This document shows, one piece after another, positions 55,381-64,000 of a stretch of DNA of 64,000 nucleotides. Every line of letters begins with the position of its first letter. Position 1 is the first letter of the stretch. The translations under genes and the position numbers were made by a program. Under the pieces are notes generated by a model that was not told the origin of the DNA, made no database searches, and saw only the letters and a program-made list of their open reading frames with translations. The DNA is from Candidatus Marisimplicoccus sp. (lineage in GTDB: Bacteria > Bacteroidota > Bacteroidia > Flavobacteriales > Flavobacteriaceae): contig CBFHHV010000005.1 in assembly GCA_965655775.1 (NCBI GenBank), forward strand, positions 1,630-65,629, in the 5' to 3' direction.

Positions 55381-56726
55381 ATCCACGATCTTGATTTCAT
55401 CTCTTTAGTCACTATACCCGATAAATATATTATTGCAATCATATTAGGAATTGCCATTAATGCAAAGGCAACATCAATTAATCCAATAACGATTTCTACA
55501 GTAAGAATTGAAGATATAATAATTGCAGCTATATATATAATATTATAATATTTACCCTTTTTTGGAGTCGTCAAAAATCCAAAACATTTAACACCATAAT
55601 ATGAATAAGTGAAAAGTGTAGATATTCCAAATATTGAAATCATAATTATTAAAATATAATCCCCAAAACCAAAGAATAATCTCCTAAATGCTTCTAAAGA
55701 AAGAACAATTCCATTTAAATCACTTTCAAGATAAGCCCCACTTATAATTATAATTAATCCAGTTATTGTACATACTAGAATTGTATCCAAAATAGGGCCT
55801 AGCATTCCAACTAATCCCTCATCCGTTCCATGTCTTGTAGAAGACTGCCCATGGTAAATAGGAGCTAAACCTACACCACTCTCACTTGAGAAAACAGCTC
55901 TACGAATACCAATTAAGACAAGGCCCCAGAAGCCACCTTGAACCATTGTATTAAAATTAAATGCTTCACTAAAAATTAATAAAAAAGTAGAAGGAACAAC
56001 ACTTGCATTAGACACTAAAATAAAAAACCCTAAAATGAAGTATAGGATTACCATAATTGGAACTAACCCTGAAGTTACACGTACAATAGATTTAAGCCCT
56101 CCAAAGATTACGATCGAAGTTAATATTGTAAAAATAACACCAATTACTAGCTTCCAATTACTATTGCCAATATCAAAAATAGCATTTGGGTTTAGAACAT
56201 CTATGTATGATTGAGTCAATTGATTTGCGGTAAATGCAGGGAGTACTCCTACCAATCCTGCAATCGAAAACCATATTGCTAGAGGTTTACCCCACTTTTT
56301 TATTCCTAAAGTCATATAATACATCGGTCCGCCTAAATATTCTCCATTCTCATCTTTTTCTCTTAAACTAACAGCCAGTGAGCAGGAAAAAAATTTAATT
56401 GTAGCACCGATAAGGGCAGTAACCCACATCCAAACAAGTACACCTGGACCCCCTTGATGAATTGCAATTGATACACCCGAAATGTTTCCGAGACCAACTG
56501 TAGCAGCAAGGACAGCCGATAAAGCTTGAAATCTTGAAATACCTACAGCTGAATTATCATTTTTTAAGAGTAGCTTGAATCCCTGACTAATTTTTCTTAA
56601 AGGGTTTGCCTTCGAAATAAGTGTTAAATAAATTCCACCACCAATTATAAGGAATAGCATTAACCAATTTAATGGAACAATAATCTGGTTTATATAATCC
56701 TCAATTATATCAAATAATTCAAGCAT
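55377..56726 (-). CDS. Alanine/glycine:cation symporter (AGCS family)
   Basis: 449 aa and polytopic. ISRFQALSAVLAATVGLGNISGV and GGPGVLVWMW signatures. Confidence 0.9.
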   Translation of the reverse strand: MLELFDIIEDYINQIIVPLNWLMLFLIIGGGIYLTLISKANPLRKISQGFKLLLKNDNSAVGISRFQALSAVLAATVGLGNISGVSIAIHQGGPGVLVWMWVTALIGATIKFFSCSLAVSLREKDENGEYLGGPMYYMTLGIKKWGKPLAIWFSIAGLVGVLPAFTANQLTQSYIDVLNPNAIFDIGNSNWKLVIGVIFTILTSIVIFGGLKSIVRVTSGLVPIMVILYFILGFFILVSNASVVPSTFLLIFSEAFNFNTMVQGGFWGLVLIGIRRAVFSSESGVGLAPIYHGQSSTRHGTDEGLVGMLGPILDTILVCTITGLIIIISGAYLESDLNGIVLSLEAFRRLFFGFGDYILIIMISIFGISTLFTYSYYGVKCFGFLTTPKKGKYYNIIYIAAIIISSILTVEIVIGLIDVAFALMAIPNMIAIIYLSGIVTKEMKSRSWI

Positions 56727-56794
56727 ATCGTAAATTAATCATTAAATTTTGAAAAGAATACTTTCTTTTTTAAATTATAGTAAAATAAATAATT

Positions 56795-57925
56795 ATGCAA
56801 TCTAGACGTGAGTGGTTCAAGTCTTCCATAGGTTTAGGTGGGTTAATGATAACACCATCTATTCTAACCGCTGAGGAGATTAAAAAATATAATCCGAGAC
56901 CTTTATCTGATATAGTTAAACTGAGCTCAAATGAAAATCCATACGGCCCATCAGAGAGAGTAAGAAATGCAATTATCGATTCATTTGAAGATGCATGTCG
57001 ATACCCATATGAATATATCCTAAAGCTTCAGAACATACTAGCAAAAAAACATAATGTTAGTCCTGAAAGTATTGTAATTACAGGAGGGTCTAATGAGGCT
57101 TTGAGGGTTACGGGATTGGCAGTTGCAGACCAAGGAGGAGAGATCGTTGCTGGTCAGCCAACATATCTTGCTCTAATGAGCTATGCAGAAGCATGGGGTG
57201 GAAAAATAAATTGGGTTCCAGTTGACTCAAATAAAGGGTATGATTTGGGTGAAATAGAAAAAAACATAAATGGTAAAACTAAAATGGTTTTCATTGCAAA
57301 TCCAAATAATCCAACAGGCACATTACTTGAAAGATCATCCCTAAGTAATTTTTGTAAAAGTGCCTCAGAAAAAACATTAGTATTCTGTGACGAGGCATAC
57401 TATGACTATATTAATGAACCGGATTATCCTTCAATGGATTACTTAGTTAGACAAGGAAAAGATATCATTATCTCTAGAACATTTTCAAAAGTTTTTGGAA
57501 TGGCTGGATTAAGAATTGGCTACATGGTTTTAAAGCCTGAATTAGCAGATAAATTATTTGGAGAATATTCTCCATATGGAAGAAACAAAATTATGGCACA
57601 AACAAATGTTCTAGCTGTAGCAGCTGCCATAGAAGCGCTAAAGGATAAAGACTTTTATGCTTTTTCATTAAGAAAGGCTAATGAGGAAAAGGACAAGATA
57701 TATAAATTATTAGACTACTTAGGGCTTAAATATGTTGAGTCTAGCACTAATTTTGTCTTTTTTGAATCTAAAAAACACATTGATGAATTATCAAAAAAAA
57801 TGCTTGCCAAGGGTGTTAGAATAGGAAGACCATTTCCTCCCTTTTACGATTGGTGTAGAATTAGTACTGGAACAAGTCAAGAGGTAGACAGGTTTGTAAG
57901 TGCAATGCTAGATGTTTATAGCTAG
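56795..57925 (+). CDS. PLP-dependent aminotransferase (histidinol-phosphate aminotransferase-like) with twin-arginine signal peptide
   Basis: N-terminal SRREWFK followed by a hydrophobic stretch. LSSNENPYGP, and PLP lysine in SRTFSKVFGMAGLRIGY. Confidence 0.85.
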   Translation: MQSRREWFKSSIGLGGLMITPSILTAEEIKKYNPRPLSDIVKLSSNENPYGPSERVRNAIIDSFEDACRYPYEYILKLQNILAKKHNVSPESIVITGGSNEALRVTGLAVADQGGEIVAGQPTYLALMSYAEAWGGKINWVPVDSNKGYDLGEIEKNINGKTKMVFIANPNNPTGTLLERSSLSNFCKSASEKTLVFCDEAYYDYINEPDYPSMDYLVRQGKDIIISRTFSKVFGMAGLRIGYMVLKPELADKLFGEYSPYGRNKIMAQTNVLAVAAAIEALKDKDFYAFSLRKANEEKDKIYKLLDYLGLKYVESSTNFVFFESKKHIDELSKKMLAKGVRIGRPFPPFYDWCRISTGTSQEVDRFVSAMLDVYS

Positions 57926-58578
57926 TTTTTATAAATTATATAGGTAGCCTTAACACCTGTAGCTAGATTCCATCTATTTGTTCCAACAAGTTTACCTTGG
58001 TCATCATATACAATAATCTCTGCTGTATTTGGACCTGAACTCCCTTGGTTTAAGGCAACAAAATCAACTACATTAAACCCATTCTTCAGATCCAGTTTAA
58101 AACCCTTTGCCTTTTCCGTTAATAATATTGCAGGCATTACAACACTCTCATTTACTTCTACTTTAATTAAATCTCCATCAGGGTACTCATGATCTCGGAG
58201 TATAATATTTACATATTCTCCATCATTTCTGATCTCACCAAGGAATTGATCAACTTTAAATTTATTAATATTCTTATTGGATTCAGTCTCTTTCTTATTA
58301 AGTCTGGACAGATATAAATCATTGGAATTAATAAACCTTTCAGGTTTCTTTTCTTTTACATTTGCATCTGGAAAAAAGTTTTTCTTATTTTTATCTTCTA
58401 GTTTTTTTAAAAACGGATTCTCTTTTTTTTCTAGATTTAAAAGTGATTTTTCAGATTCAGAGCTTGAAGAGAAAAAAGAAGATCCTGATGAGTTATTTGA
58501 GTTTTCTTGAGAATAACTAAACCCAACAATCAACATTGAAAGCATTAAAAAAACTATATATTTATTATATTGAATCAA
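57922..58578 (-). CDS. Secreted protein with Ser/Lys-rich low-complexity region and C-terminal beta-rich domain (function unknown)
   Basis: Signal peptide, low-complexity SSGSSFFSSSSESEKS and KKxxK stretches, and a ~110-aa C-terminal domain. TTG start. Confidence 0.5.
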   Translation of the reverse strand: MIQYNKYIVFLMLSMLIVGFSYSQENSNNSSGSSFFSSSSESEKSLLNLEKKENPFLKKLEDKNKKNFFPDANVKEKKPERFINSNDLYLSRLNKKETESNKNINKFKVDQFLGEIRNDGEYVNIILRDHEYPDGDLIKVEVNESVVMPAILLTEKAKGFKLDLKNGFNVVDFVALNQGSSGPNTAEIIVYDDQGKLVGTNRWNLATGVKATYIIYKN

Positions 58579-58611
58579 CCTAATAATTTTACACTAAGAT
58601 AAACCTTTAAC

Positions 58612-60387
58612 ATGCAATTAGAAAACATAGATTGGCTAATAATCTCATCCTTCTTTATAATATCATTAGTAATAGGAGTTGTAGTTTCAAAAAAGTCTGG
58701 TAAAGATGTTACAGAATTTTTCCTTTCTGGTAGAAAGATGCCTTGGTGGCTGCTTGGAATATCAATGGTTGCCACTACGTTTTCAGCTGATACACCAAAT
58801 TTAGTTACAGACATAGTAAGAACTAATGGAGTGGCTGGTAATTGGGTGTGGTGGGCCTTCTTGCTTACAGGAATGTTAACAGTTTTTGTTTATGCTAAAC
58901 TTTGGAGAAGGTCAAAGGTGCTGACTGATCTAGAGTTTTATGAGCTAAGATATAGCGGAAAAGGAGCAGCCTTTTTAAGAGGCTTTAGAGCATTCTATCT
59001 CGGTGCAGTTTTCAATACACTTATTATGGCGAGTGTATGTCTTGCTGGAATTAAAATTGGTGGAGCGCTATTAGGCTTAAGCCCAGTTGAAACTCTACTT
59101 ATTTCATGTGCAATTACCGTGCTTTATAGTTCAATTGGTGGTCTACGGGGAATTATAATAACAGATTTCTTTCAATTTATTTTGGCTATGGTTGCAACTT
59201 TTTGGGCTGCTTATGAGATTGTTTCTATTCCTCAAATTCAGGGATTGACTAATCTTCTTAATCATCCAGATGTTATTCCAAAGTTGAGCCTGATTCCAGA
59301 TATAGCAGATACAGATTTATTTATTGCAGTATTTATAATTCCACTTGCAGTTCAATGGTGGGCTGTTTGGTATCCAGGAGCAGAACCAGGTGGGGGAGGA
59401 TATGTTGCTCAAAGAATGTTATCTGCTAAAGATGAAAAAAATGCAATATGGGCTACACTGCTTTTTAACTTCATGCACTATGCTGTAAGACCATGGCCTT
59501 GGATCTTAATTGCGCTAGCATCTATTGTTGTCTTTCCTGATTTAGAATCCCTTCAAGTAGCTTTTCCTAATACTATTGTTGGAAATGATCTTGCATACCC
59601 AGCTATGATTTCTTTTCTTCCATCTGGTTTGTTAGGTCTTTTAGTCGCATCATTAATTGCAGCTTTTATGTCAACCATATCAACACATTTAAACTGGGGT
59701 TCATCATATTTAGTACATGATTTTTATAGAAGATTTTTTGTCACAGATAAATCAGAGAAGCATTATGTATTTATTGGTAGAGTCTTCACAGTTTTATTAA
59801 TGATAATATCCGCTTTTTTTGCTCTGTATCTTAATAACTCACTTCAAGCATTTGGAATAATTCTTCAAATTGGAGCTGGTACAGGTTTAATATTTATTTT
59901 AAGATGGTTCTGGTATAGAATAAATGTATACAGCGAATTAACAGCAATGATAGTGTCATTTTTAGTTGCTCTTGCTTTTGAATTTATAATACCTAACAAT
60001 TTTTCAGTTGAAGAAAAGCTTATTATTGGTGTTACAATAACAACTATTTCATGGTTAATTGTTACAATGGTCACCCCACCATCAAACATAGAAACGCTTC
60101 AAAATTTTTATAAAAAAATACAACCTGGAGGTCCTGGATGGCAAAAAATAGTCAATGAATCTGAGGATAATGGTATAATTATTACTGGTAAAAAAGAAAA
60201 ATGGGATGTTCCTAGTGGAATTTTATGTATGGTTTTTGGAAGCATATCTGTCTATAGCATTCTTTTTGGTATAGGTTATATTTTATATTCAAAAATTACA
60301 CTAGGCATAGTTTTTATTGTGATATCTACCTTATCAGTTGCCCTTCTCATGAAATTCTGGAAACGACTTTCTACAGAAGATAATTAA
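58612..60387 (+). CDS. Sodium:solute symporter (SSS) family transporter
   Basis: 591 aa with about 13-14 TM segments. EFFLSGRKMPWW near the N-terminus is typical of the SSS family. Confidence 0.85.
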   Translation: MQLENIDWLIISSFFIISLVIGVVVSKKSGKDVTEFFLSGRKMPWWLLGISMVATTFSADTPNLVTDIVRTNGVAGNWVWWAFLLTGMLTVFVYAKLWRRSKVLTDLEFYELRYSGKGAAFLRGFRAFYLGAVFNTLIMASVCLAGIKIGGALLGLSPVETLLISCAITVLYSSIGGLRGIIITDFFQFILAMVATFWAAYEIVSIPQIQGLTNLLNHPDVIPKLSLIPDIADTDLFIAVFIIPLAVQWWAVWYPGAEPGGGGYVAQRMLSAKDEKNAIWATLLFNFMHYAVRPWPWILIALASIVVFPDLESLQVAFPNTIVGNDLAYPAMISFLPSGLLGLLVASLIAAFMSTISTHLNWGSSYLVHDFYRRFFVTDKSEKHYVFIGRVFTVLLMIISAFFALYLNNSLQAFGIILQIGAGTGLIFILRWFWYRINVYSELTAMIVSFLVALAFEFIIPNNFSVEEKLIIGVTITTISWLIVTMVTPPSNIETLQNFYKKIQPGGPGWQKIVNESEDNGIIITGKKEKWDVPSGILCMVFGSISVYSILFGIGYILYSKITLGIVFIVISTLSVALLMKFWKRLSTEDN

Positions 60388-61703
60388 CCAAGAAGCAGAC
60401 CAACAAAAGTCGCAGATAACAACGAGACAAGTGTTCCAGCTATCATAGCTTTAAATCCTAATTCAGTTAATAATTTTGATTTCCCTGGGGCTAGTATTCC
60501 TATTCCCCCTATTTGAATTCCAATTGAAGCAAAGTTTGCAAACCCACATAGCATAATAGTTGCCATAATTACAGACTTTTGATAGGTTAGATGCACAGTG
60601 CTTGTTATATCTTTTAAACTGGCTAATTCAATATATGCAACAAACTCACTTGCAGCCAGTTTTACACCCAAAAGCTGTCCCATAAGAGTTATGTCCTCTC
60701 TGGCAATCCCAATTAACCACATTATAGGAGCAAATAAATACCCTAATATTAATTCAAGTGAAAAAGAATCATAGACTGTGTTTTTTTCAATCCATACATT
60801 TAAGCCAAAGACTTCAGCTAATTGAAAGAAAATACCGTTGATAAGTGCAATAAGAGCAAGAAACACAAGCAGCATTGCACCGACATTAACAGCCATTTTA
60901 ATCCCGTCTCTTGTTCCGTTTGTTATTGCTGACAGTAAATTTGTTCCAGTAACCTCATTACTGATCTCAATCTCTTTATTAACCTCCTCAGTTTGAGGAA
61001 ACATTATTTTTGAAATAACAATTGCACCAGGAGCTGCCATTACAGATGCAATAATTAAGTTTTTAGCTACTTCTATTCTTTGAGCAGGATCATCCCCTCC
61101 TAGAAATCCAATGTATGCGGCTAGAACGCTCCCTGCTACAGTTGCCATTCCCCCTGTCATTAAAAGAAAATATTCTGATCTATTCATTTTATCAAGGTAA
61201 CCCTTAACTAAAAGAGGAGCTTCAGTTTGTCCTAAAAAAATATTACCAGCTACTGCTAAACTTTCTTGACCAGATATATTTAAGAGCTTTGTGAGCATCC
61301 ATGCTAGAGCAGATACTATTCTTTGAATAATACGATAGTAATATAGTACTGATGTCAAAGCAGAAAAGAAAATAATAACAGGTAGAACTTGAAATATAAA
61401 TATCTCACCATATTTAGAGGAGTCTGCTAGCTCACCAAAAAGAATTCTGGAACCTTGATTTGTATATGTTACGATTGCCAGAAAACCTTGACCGATTTTT
61501 TCAAAAATCATTCTAACAAAATCAACTTTTAGAACCGCAATAGCTATAACAAACTGACTTGAAATACCAATTATAATTGTTTTCCAATCAATTTTCCTTT
61601 TATTATTACTAAGTAAAAATGCAATCAAAATAATGGAGCTTAAGCCTATTACCCCCCTTATGATTGACATGATTGAAATTCCTTCGTGTGGAATCAATTC
61701 CAT
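60384..61703 (-). CDS. NupC/CNT family nucleoside transporter
   Basis: CNT-family layout (N-terminal, Gate and C-terminal domains), GFANFASIGIQIGG signature. The start could be the internal ATG at 61670. Confidence 0.85.
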   Translation of the reverse strand: MELIPHEGISIMSIIRGVIGLSSIILIAFLLSNNKRKIDWKTIIIGISSQFVIAIAVLKVDFVRMIFEKIGQGFLAIVTYTNQGSRILFGELADSSKYGEIFIFQVLPVIIFFSALTSVLYYYRIIQRIVSALAWMLTKLLNISGQESLAVAGNIFLGQTEAPLLVKGYLDKMNRSEYFLLMTGGMATVAGSVLAAYIGFLGGDDPAQRIEVAKNLIIASVMAAPGAIVISKIMFPQTEEVNKEIEISNEVTGTNLLSAITNGTRDGIKMAVNVGAMLLVFLALIALINGIFFQLAEVFGLNVWIEKNTVYDSFSLELILGYLFAPIMWLIGIAREDITLMGQLLGVKLAASEFVAYIELASLKDITSTVHLTYQKSVIMATIMLCGFANFASIGIQIGGIGILAPGKSKLLTELGFKAMIAGTLVSLLSATFVGLLLG

Positions 61704-61736
61704 TAAAAAAGTTTTACTAAAAATAATAAATATTAT

Positions 61737-61744
61737 TAGCTTTG
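61737..61744 (+). promoter_or_regulatory. -7 promoter box (TAGCTTTG) for the GH16 gene
   Basis: Exact TAnnTTTG match 20 nt upstream of the ATG at 61765. Confidence 0.4.
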
Positions 61745-61764
61745 AGTTAAGTTTTACCTTGTAT

Positions 61765-62742
61765 ATGAAAACCTACTTAAATTCAGTCTCATTTGTTCTG
61801 TTTCTATTAATCTCATGTAGTGGATCTAAATCTGATGTCAATGATTCTTATTTGTCAGGTATTGTAAATCAAAACGCAAACTTAAATCAAGAGAGCGGTA
61901 ATACTCAAGGAAATAACTCTTCTGATCAAACAACTCTTAGTTATTCTTTTGGAAACGAGCTAATTTGGAGTGATGAATTTGATGAAGATTCATCATTTGG
62001 AGTCCCGGCTGTTTCTTCAGATAAATGGAATATTGAAACAGTTGCACCAGATAATGGTAGTTGGTATAATGGAGAGTTACAATATTACACAGATAAACAA
62101 GATAATATTAAAGTTGAAGATGGCCTTTTGAAAATTACAGCAAAAAGAGAGGACTTTCAAGGTAAATTATATACTTCTGCAAGAATAAATACACAAGATA
62201 AATTTGAGTTTACATACGGCCGAGTTGAGATGAAAGCAAAACTTCCTAATTGGGAGGGAATGTGGCCGGCATTTTGGATGCTTGGTGCAAATATTGATGA
62301 AGTTAATTGGCCTAATTGTGGAGAGTTAGATATATTAGAACATGGAGATTATGTAAAAGATAGTACTATTAATGATCCAGGACTGATTTCTTCATCAGTT
62401 CATTATGGCCCTCAAGATTACACGAGACAGGCTACATATGTTCCAGATAAAATCTTTTTTGATACTGGCCAAGAAAGGTTTATTAGAGCTGAAAAAATAA
62501 TTGATAATCCATTTGAGGAATTTCATACATATTCAATCCAATGGGAACCTGATAAAATTCAATTTTTTATTGATGAAGAAATGTATTTTGAATATCCAAT
62601 GCAATCTCAACATTCACCATTTGACAAACCATTTTTCTTATTATTAAACCTTGCTGTCGGTGGACATTGGACTGACGGTTATGTAGCTCCAGGTCTTACT
62701 AATGCAACTTATAAAATTGACTATGTTAGGGTATATCAGTAA
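61765..62742 (+). CDS. Glycoside hydrolase family 16 lipoprotein (laminarinase/beta-1,3-glucanase-like)
   Basis: Lipobox (LLISCS), catalytic ExDxxE (GELDILE) and GMWPAFWMLG. I prefer the ATG at 61765. The track ORF from 61633 overlaps nupC. Confidence 0.88.
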   Translation: MKTYLNSVSFVLFLLISCSGSKSDVNDSYLSGIVNQNANLNQESGNTQGNNSSDQTTLSYSFGNELIWSDEFDEDSSFGVPAVSSDKWNIETVAPDNGSWYNGELQYYTDKQDNIKVEDGLLKITAKREDFQGKLYTSARINTQDKFEFTYGRVEMKAKLPNWEGMWPAFWMLGANIDEVNWPNCGELDILEHGDYVKDSTINDPGLISSSVHYGPQDYTRQATYVPDKIFFDTGQERFIRAEKIIDNPFEEFHTYSIQWEPDKIQFFIDEEMYFEYPMQSQHSPFDKPFFLLLNLAVGGHWTDGYVAPGLTNATYKIDYVRVYQ

Positions 62743-64000
62743 AGTATTTTTATTAGCTCCATTTTTTATTTTTGGAAATTTCCAAGACTCCATTCAAATT
62801 ATAGATCTTGAAAATGTAGTTGTTAAATCAACTAGAATTAACACTACTCAAAAACAAGCGCCTTTATCAGTTACTTTTAAAAGTTTCATTGAGGATAGAA
62901 ACTTTAGTTCTCAGTCTTCATTTTCTGATTTTATTAAAAACACACCAGGTGTGTTTACAACTTCATCCAATAATTTCTCCCAAGATATGAGGATCTCAAT
63001 AAGAGGTTTTGGTGCAAGATCTGCTTTTGGAATAAGAGGAATTAAGCTAATAGTTGATGGTATCCCAGAGACAACTCCAGATGGCCAAAGTCAATTGGAT
63101 AACCTTCCTCTAGGGTTAATTTCAAATATTGAAATATTAAGAGGTCCAAATGCAAATTTATATGGTAATTCTTCAGGTGGAGTAATAAGCATCAATACTT
63201 TAACAAACCCTAATGATAAAGTTTATAGAACATCAGGAATCTTTGGTGCATATCAATATCAATCAATTCAAAGAACAAGGGTTTTGAACTGGAAAAACTC
63301 TAACCTAATAATTCATTATGATAAAAGAAAATCAAATGGGTATAGAGATCAAAGTAATTATAAAACTTCAATATTGAATCTTAAATATATTAATGAGTTA
63401 GATCAGGATAATAAGATTGTTTGGCAAATAAACTATACTGATAGTCCATATGCTTATGATTCAGGTGGTTTAAAGCTAAGTGAAGTGGAAGAGAATAGAA
63501 GACAAGCCAGAAAAAATAATATTGATTATGATACATATGAAAAGGTAAAGCATTTAAAAACAGGTATATCATGGAATTATAAGAAAAATGATAATTCCTT
63601 TTTTGATAGCTATTTCTTTTATCAAAAAAGAGATTTCTACTCGAAATTACCTTTTAATTTTGGAGGGGTCATATCAATAGATAGAGATTATTATGGACTT
63701 GGAACAAAATTTACAAGAAATAAAAAACTTGAGAATAGAAACAACACTTTTGTCATGGGTCTTGACCATTTGAGTCAGTCAGATGATAGAAAAAGATTTA
63801 AAAATAACTTTGGACTAAAAGGAGATAAAACTCTGAGTCAAATGGAAAACTTTGATACAACAGGTATCTATCTTGTCAGTCAAACTAATTTCAATACAGG
63901 ACTTCTTTTTAGATATGGGATTAGATATGATATAAATTCTATTGGTATTGACTCAAATAATAAGGTCAATCTCGATAAGATTAACCCTTCTCTAGGACTA
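62723..64000 (+). CDS. TonB-dependent receptor (5' part, runs off the window)
   Basis: Not in the ORF track because it has no stop. Hand translation from the ATG at 62723 is open to 64000. Signal peptide and plug domain (MRISIRGFGARSAFGIRGIKLIVDGIPETTPDGQSQLDN...ILRGPNANLYGNSSGGVISINT), then barrel strands. Overlaps the GH16 end by 20 nt. Confidence 0.85.
   Translation, partial: MLGYISKVFLLAPFFIFGNFQDSIQIIDLENVVVKSTRINTTQKQAPLSVTFKSFIEDRNFSSQSSFSDFIKNTPGVFTTSSNNFSQDMRISIRGFGARSAFGIRGIKLIVDGIPETTPDGQSQLDNLPLGLISNIEILRGPNANLYGNSSGGVISINTLTNPNDKVYRTSGIFGAYQYQSIQRTRVLNWKNSNLIIHYDKRKSNGYRDQSNYKTSILNLKYINELDQDNKIVWQINYTDSPYAYDSGGLKLSEVEENRRQARKNNIDYDTYEKVKHLKTGISWNYKKNDNSFFDSYFFYQKRDFYSKLPFNFGGVISIDRDYYGLGTKFTRNKKLENRNNTFVMGLDHLSQSDDRKRFKNNFGLKGDKTLSQMENFDTTGIYLVSQTNFNTGLLFRYGIRYDINSIGIDSNNKVNLDKINPSLGL

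Noticed and set aside
61633-61764. N-terminal extension of the GH16 ORF, with similar extensions at 2900-2959 and 13418-13444
   Set aside because: The extensions overlap the neighbouring genes (nupC, lepA, ybeY). Each precedes an internal ATG that gives a canonical N-terminus: the lipoprotein signal MKTYLNSVSFVLFLLISC, MNLYSIETG, and MFESKYDVIVVGGG.
1-64000. CRISPR arrays, rRNA genes, riboswitches, and RNase P, tmRNA, SRP or 6S RNAs
   Set aside because: There are no regularly spaced direct repeats. Only one non-coding gap exceeds 150 bp, and its skewed composition is incompatible with these structured RNAs. I saw no conserved signature sequences for them.

Overview
This is a 64-kb, roughly one-third G+C (by eye), extremely gene-dense chromosomal segment. 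I call about 68 protein genes (two cut by the window edges), one tRNA-Cys and one sub-60-aa gene missed by the ORF track (tatA). Many neighbouring genes overlap by 1-20 nt. I saw no rRNA, CRISPR array, transposase, integrase or obvious prophage. Gene content and signals point to Bacteroidota, most likely a streamlined marine Flavobacteriia genome. The evidence for that is recurrent TAnnTTTG -7 promoter boxes, an atpZ-BEFHAG operon without atpDC, DUF4837/DUF4292-type lipoproteins, a GH3-family gene, SusC-like plug sequences and a GH16 gene next to a TonB-dependent receptor. Most of the window is housekeeping: dus, lepA, rnpA, rpiB, rnr, folB, glnS, gltX, ybeY, mnmG, holB, pgk, purD, the ATP synthase genes, trpS, recA, trhO and PBP1A. 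The least explained part is 47.0-58.6 kb. It holds a tight three-lipoprotein operon (TlpA-type thioredoxin plus two beta-propeller-like proteins, one with a CDCC motif). It also holds two tandem barrel-less TonB-receptor plug-domain paralogs with polybasic tails, one tail encoded by a 27-bp in-frame tandem repeat. The same part contains an amino-acid/peptide salvage cluster: HTH protein, enolase-superfamily epimerase overlapping a DUF1611 gene, secreted M20 hydrolase, Na+/alanine symporter and a Tat-signal PLP aminotransferase. Other observations are -7 boxes only 3-5 nt from several start codons (implying leaderless mRNAs and revised lepA/holB starts) and a 418-bp T/G-skewed spacer upstream of rnr. 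There is also a 15-bp perfect inverted repeat between convergent genes, and a tRNA-Cys whose discriminator base overlaps the rnr stop codon. All family calls come from reading motifs in the translations; no database search was possible.
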